This document shows positions 61,600 through 64,000 of a stretch of 64,000 nucleotides of DNA, piece after piece. Position numbers and translations under genes: made by a program. The notes beneath the pieces are model-generated. The model was not told the origin of the DNA. It worked only from the letters and a program-made list of their open reading frames with translations, and searched no databases. Positions within the stretch are counted from its first letter, which is position 1. Every line of letters starts with the position of its first letter. The stretch covers positions 9,875-73,874 of the forward strand of contig PWOA01000103.1 of NCBI GenBank assembly GCA_003564155.1, given 5' to 3'. Source of the DNA: Candidatus Cloacimonadota bacterium. GTDB lineage: Bacteria; Cloacimonadota; Cloacimonadia; Cloacimonadales; PWNZ01.

Positions 61600-64000
61600 A
61601 TGAATGATTTATATATTGGTTACGATGTAGGTACGAAAACAGTAAAAATAGCTTATGGTTCAAGTGTTAATGATCATAAAAGTATAATAATTGAGCATTA
61701 TTCGGATCCTCAAGGGGTCATATCAAAATTTGAAAATCAAACAAACATCAAAAAACAGAATTACACCGGCTATATTACCGGAAGATACAGAGATTCGATA
61801 AAGTTGTTAAATAATCGTATAGCAACAATAGATTGGACGAAACCGGTAATAAGATATTGTAATGATCATTATGATAAAGATATTCGTTATGTAGTTGATA
61901 TTGGTGCTGCTGGTCTTTCTCTTTTAGAACTTAAACAAGGTAGGTTTCATCGCTTTGTAACTAATTCTATCTGTGCGTCGGGTACAGGTTCTTTTTTAGA
62001 TCAACAGATGATCAGAATGGGTTTAGATTTTGAAGCAGTAGCCAATATCTCAATTACGAATCGAGTTCCTAGTATAGCCAGTCGATGCGCAGTGTTTGCT
62101 AAAAGTGATCTTATACATCGTCAGCAAGAAGGTTTCACAATAGAAGAATTATGGAACGGTTTAGTTAAGGGAATGGCTGAAGCTTGTTTTATAACTCTTT
62201 TAAGAGGAGATAATATATCCGGTAAGTTATTATTTATTGGCGGTTTAGTAAAGAATAGACTATTTCTTCATTATTTTTCAAAGTTATTAGATGAAAATAT
62301 GATAGTTATTCCGGAAGAACCGGATACTTTTTTAGCTCTATCTTGTTTAAACTATATCTCCCAAAAAGATCATAGTTCATTCTTGATTGAAAATAATAGT
62401 GCTTGTCAAAAGACTAACGTAGATAAGCCAGATGCATTTGAACCGCCCTTGTACCCAGACAAGTCCCCCAAAAAGCACTACTTTATAGATAGTTTTAACA
62501 ATGAAATAACGCTTTGTAATGGCCTCAAAGTAATTGAAAGTGTTGTGAATAAAGAACATGTAACGGGGATAAATATCGAAAATAATTACAGTCAAAATAT
62601 ACCTGTTGTATTAGGAGTAGATGTTGGTTCTACAAGTACGAAAGCAGTTTTGTTGCATCATGATACTGGTGAATTATTATTGGGATTATACAGAAAAACA
62701 CACGGTAATCCGATTCAAGCTTATCAGAATATATTGAAAGGCATTAATCGTTTGATGTTAGAAAACCCTTTTAAATTTGACATTCAAGGGATGGGTACAA
62801 CCGGAAGTGGTCGTCAAATTGTAGGTGTATTCGCCGGAGCTGATAAATGTATCAATGAAATAACTACTCATTTGAAGGGTGGTTTAAAAGAAGTTCCTAA
62901 TGTAAAAACAATATTTGAAATCGGAGGCCAAGATTCAAAGTATATTTTCGTTGAAGATGGTTGGATGAAAGATGCCAATATGAATTATGTATGTGCCGCC
63001 GGAACAGGATCTTTTTTAGAGGAACAAGCTCAAAATCTGAATTTTAAATTAGATGACTTTGAAAACCTTTGTCGTGGAGTTCCGGCTCCCAAAACGAATG
63101 ATCGTTGCACTGTATTTATGGAACAGGACTCAAAAAAATTGATTGTCGATGGACATTCTAAACCAGAAGTAGTTGCATCACTTTTATATTCCGTGTGCCG
63201 CAATTATTTACACAGAGTAGTTCAGAATAGACCGATAGTAGAACCCATACTTTTTTTGGGTGCTACTGCTCGCAATAAAGGTCTTGTTGAAGCTTTTAGC
63301 AATATTTTAAATAAGCAGATTATAACATCTCCAAACAGTCATCTTACGGGAGCAATTGGGGTTGCAGAGATTATCAGAAATGATATAATCGAAGGATCAA
63401 GCACAAAAGAAATACGTACTAAATTCAAAGGATTTTCTATCCATTCCGAAAAAATTGAGTTTAAGGAAAAAAATTGTCGTGATTGCCATAATAATTGCCG
63501 TATTATATATTTTGAATCAGAATCAGGAACTGTATCTTGGGGGCATCAATGTGGCAAGGAAGGAGTAGAAAAATCTACAAAAAAGAATATCCAGAACCAA
63601 CATTATAAAGATTATTTTCGACTTATTAGCCAAATTAACAAAACATCAACTTCTCATCCGGCAATAGATTCTCTAGATTTACAACAAAGACGTACTAATG
63701 ACCGAGAATTAAATGAAAATATCAATTACCCGGGGAATAACAATTTGCCGAAAAACAAAACTATATATATCACAAAATCTCTCCACTTCTTTTCCCATAA
63801 TTCTCTGTGGCAATATTTCTGGCAGAATTTAGGTTTTGACGTTGTTACGCTCCCCGATACCAACAGAAGTATAATTTCAACATCTTTAAGCTACAGTCCC
63901 AATGAGATATGTTATCCCTTAAAACTGGCTATTGGACATATTATCTATGCTTTAGAGAAAAAGCTACTACCTTTGTTCGTTCCTTATTTGATAAAAGATA
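61600..64000 (+). CDS. giant BcrAD/BadFG-type CoA-substrate-specific enzyme activase (two ATPase modules followed by a dehydratase-component-like region), 3' truncated by the window
   Basis: The frame is open from the ATG at 61600 to the window end; I translated 61600-62640 codon by codon, found no stop, and sampled the rest. Module 1 carries YIGYDVGTKTVK and CASGTGSFLDQQ. Module 2 carries VLGVDVGSTSTKAV, EIGGQDSK and CAAGTGSFLEEQA. A Cys cluster (CRDCHNNC) follows. It is absent from the supplied ORF track because it has no stop. Confidence 0.85.
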   Translation, partial: MNDLYIGYDVGTKTVKIAYGSSVNDHKSIIIEHYSDPQGVISKFENQTNIKKQNYTGYITGRYRDSIKLLNNRIATIDWTKPVIRYCNDHYDKDIRYVVDIGAAGLSLLELKQGRFHRFVTNSICASGTGSFLDQQMIRMGLDFEAVANISITNRVPSIASRCAVFAKSDLIHRQQEGFTIEELWNGLVKGMAEACFITLLRGDNISGKLLFIGGLVKNRLFLHYFSKLLDENMIVIPEEPDTFLALSCLNYISQKDHSSFLIENNSACQKTNVDKPDAFEPPLYPDKSPKKHYFIDSFNNEITLCNGLKVIESVVNKEHVTGINIENNYSQNIPVVLGVDVGSTSTKAVLLHHDTGELLLGLYRKTHGNPIQAYQNILKGINRLMLENPFKFDIQGMGTTGSGRQIVGVFAGADKCINEITTHLKGGLKEVPNVKTIFEIGGQDSKYIFVEDGWMKDANMNYVCAAGTGSFLEEQAQNLNFKLDDFENLCRGVPAPKTNDRCTVFMEQDSKKLIVDGHSKPEVVASLLYSVCRNYLHRVVQNRPIVEPILFLGATARNKGLVEAFSNILNKQIITSPNSHLTGAIGVAEIIRNDIIEGSSTKEIRTKFKGFSIHSEKIEFKEKNCRDCHNNCRIIYFESESGTVSWGHQCGKEGVEKSTKKNIQNQHYKDYFRLISQINKTSTSHPAIDSLDLQQRRTNDRELNENINYPGNNNLPKNKTIYITKSLHFFSHNSLWQYFWQNLGFDVVTLPDTNRSIISTSLSYSPNEICYPLKLAIGHIIYALEKKLLPLFVPYLIKD

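Noticed and set aside
62377-62595. A 72-aa minus-strand ORF, the only track ORF in the last 2.4 kb.
   Set aside because: It lies antisense to the long open-ended plus-strand activase ORF (61600 to the window end), which has clear ATPase motifs.
1-64000. A window-wide look for CRISPR arrays, IS elements and transposases, integrases, phage genes, toxin-antitoxin pairs and restriction-modification or other defence systems.
   Set aside because: No regularly spaced direct repeats, terminal inverted repeats or transposase/integrase-like ORFs were seen. No nuclease, methylase, helicase or defence-type ORFs were seen either. The gene content is chromosomal core plus envelope and transport genes.

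Overview
This is a visibly AT-rich bacterial chromosomal segment. It encodes about 50 protein genes, two tRNAs, and no rRNA, CRISPR array, IS element or prophage. Omp85-type, MCE/Mla-type and lipoprotein genes point to an organism with an outer membrane. A methylmalonyl-CoA mutase catalytic subunit and a giant BcrAD/BadFG-type CoA-enzyme activase suggest an anaerobic fermenter. Phylum cannot be assigned from sequence alone; a Cloacimonadota-like candidate lineage is only a guess.

Most of the window is housekeeping:
- Translation and tRNA: ileS, asnS, rsmE, a DHH-CBS-CCA-adding enzyme fusion and tRNA-Pro(CGG).
- Chaperones: the CIRCE-controlled hrcA-grpE-dnaK operon plus dnaJ.
- DNA metabolism: ruvX, rmuC and recO.
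- Envelope and metabolism: mltG, a phosphohexomutase, an EPSP-synthase-like gene, a P-type ATPase and an M42 peptidase.

The parts that deserve a second look:
1. A 95-nt tRNA gene at 49499-49593 is built like tRNASec. It has a 6-bp D stem with a 4-nt loop, a 6-bp anticodon stem, a 24-nt variable arm and G73, but it carries a cysteine GCA anticodon.
2. A tandemly duplicated two-gene cassette pairs an EIIA(Ntr)-like/PII-like fusion protein with a CPA2 cation:proton antiporter that lacks an RCK domain.
3. A four-gene envelope cluster ends in a CHASE2-class III nucleotide cyclase and also encodes a FecR-domain protein and a large predicted outer-membrane protein.
4. An Mla/Pqi-like lipid-transport operon has a PqiC-like lipoprotein extended by a large predicted beta-barrel, and a STAS domain fused to MlaE.
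5. A 986-aa protein combines a zinc peptidase, a PD40 beta-propeller and an Omp85 barrel.
6. A NatB-type ABC-2 permease is fused to a CPBP (CAAX) intramembrane protease.
7. A umuD-umuC-SRAP translesion/abasic-site operon has a ~50-aa insertion in UmuC.

A long open-ended ORF from 61600 to the window end (the activase) is missing from the supplied ORF track. Many short antisense ORFs in the track are judged spurious.
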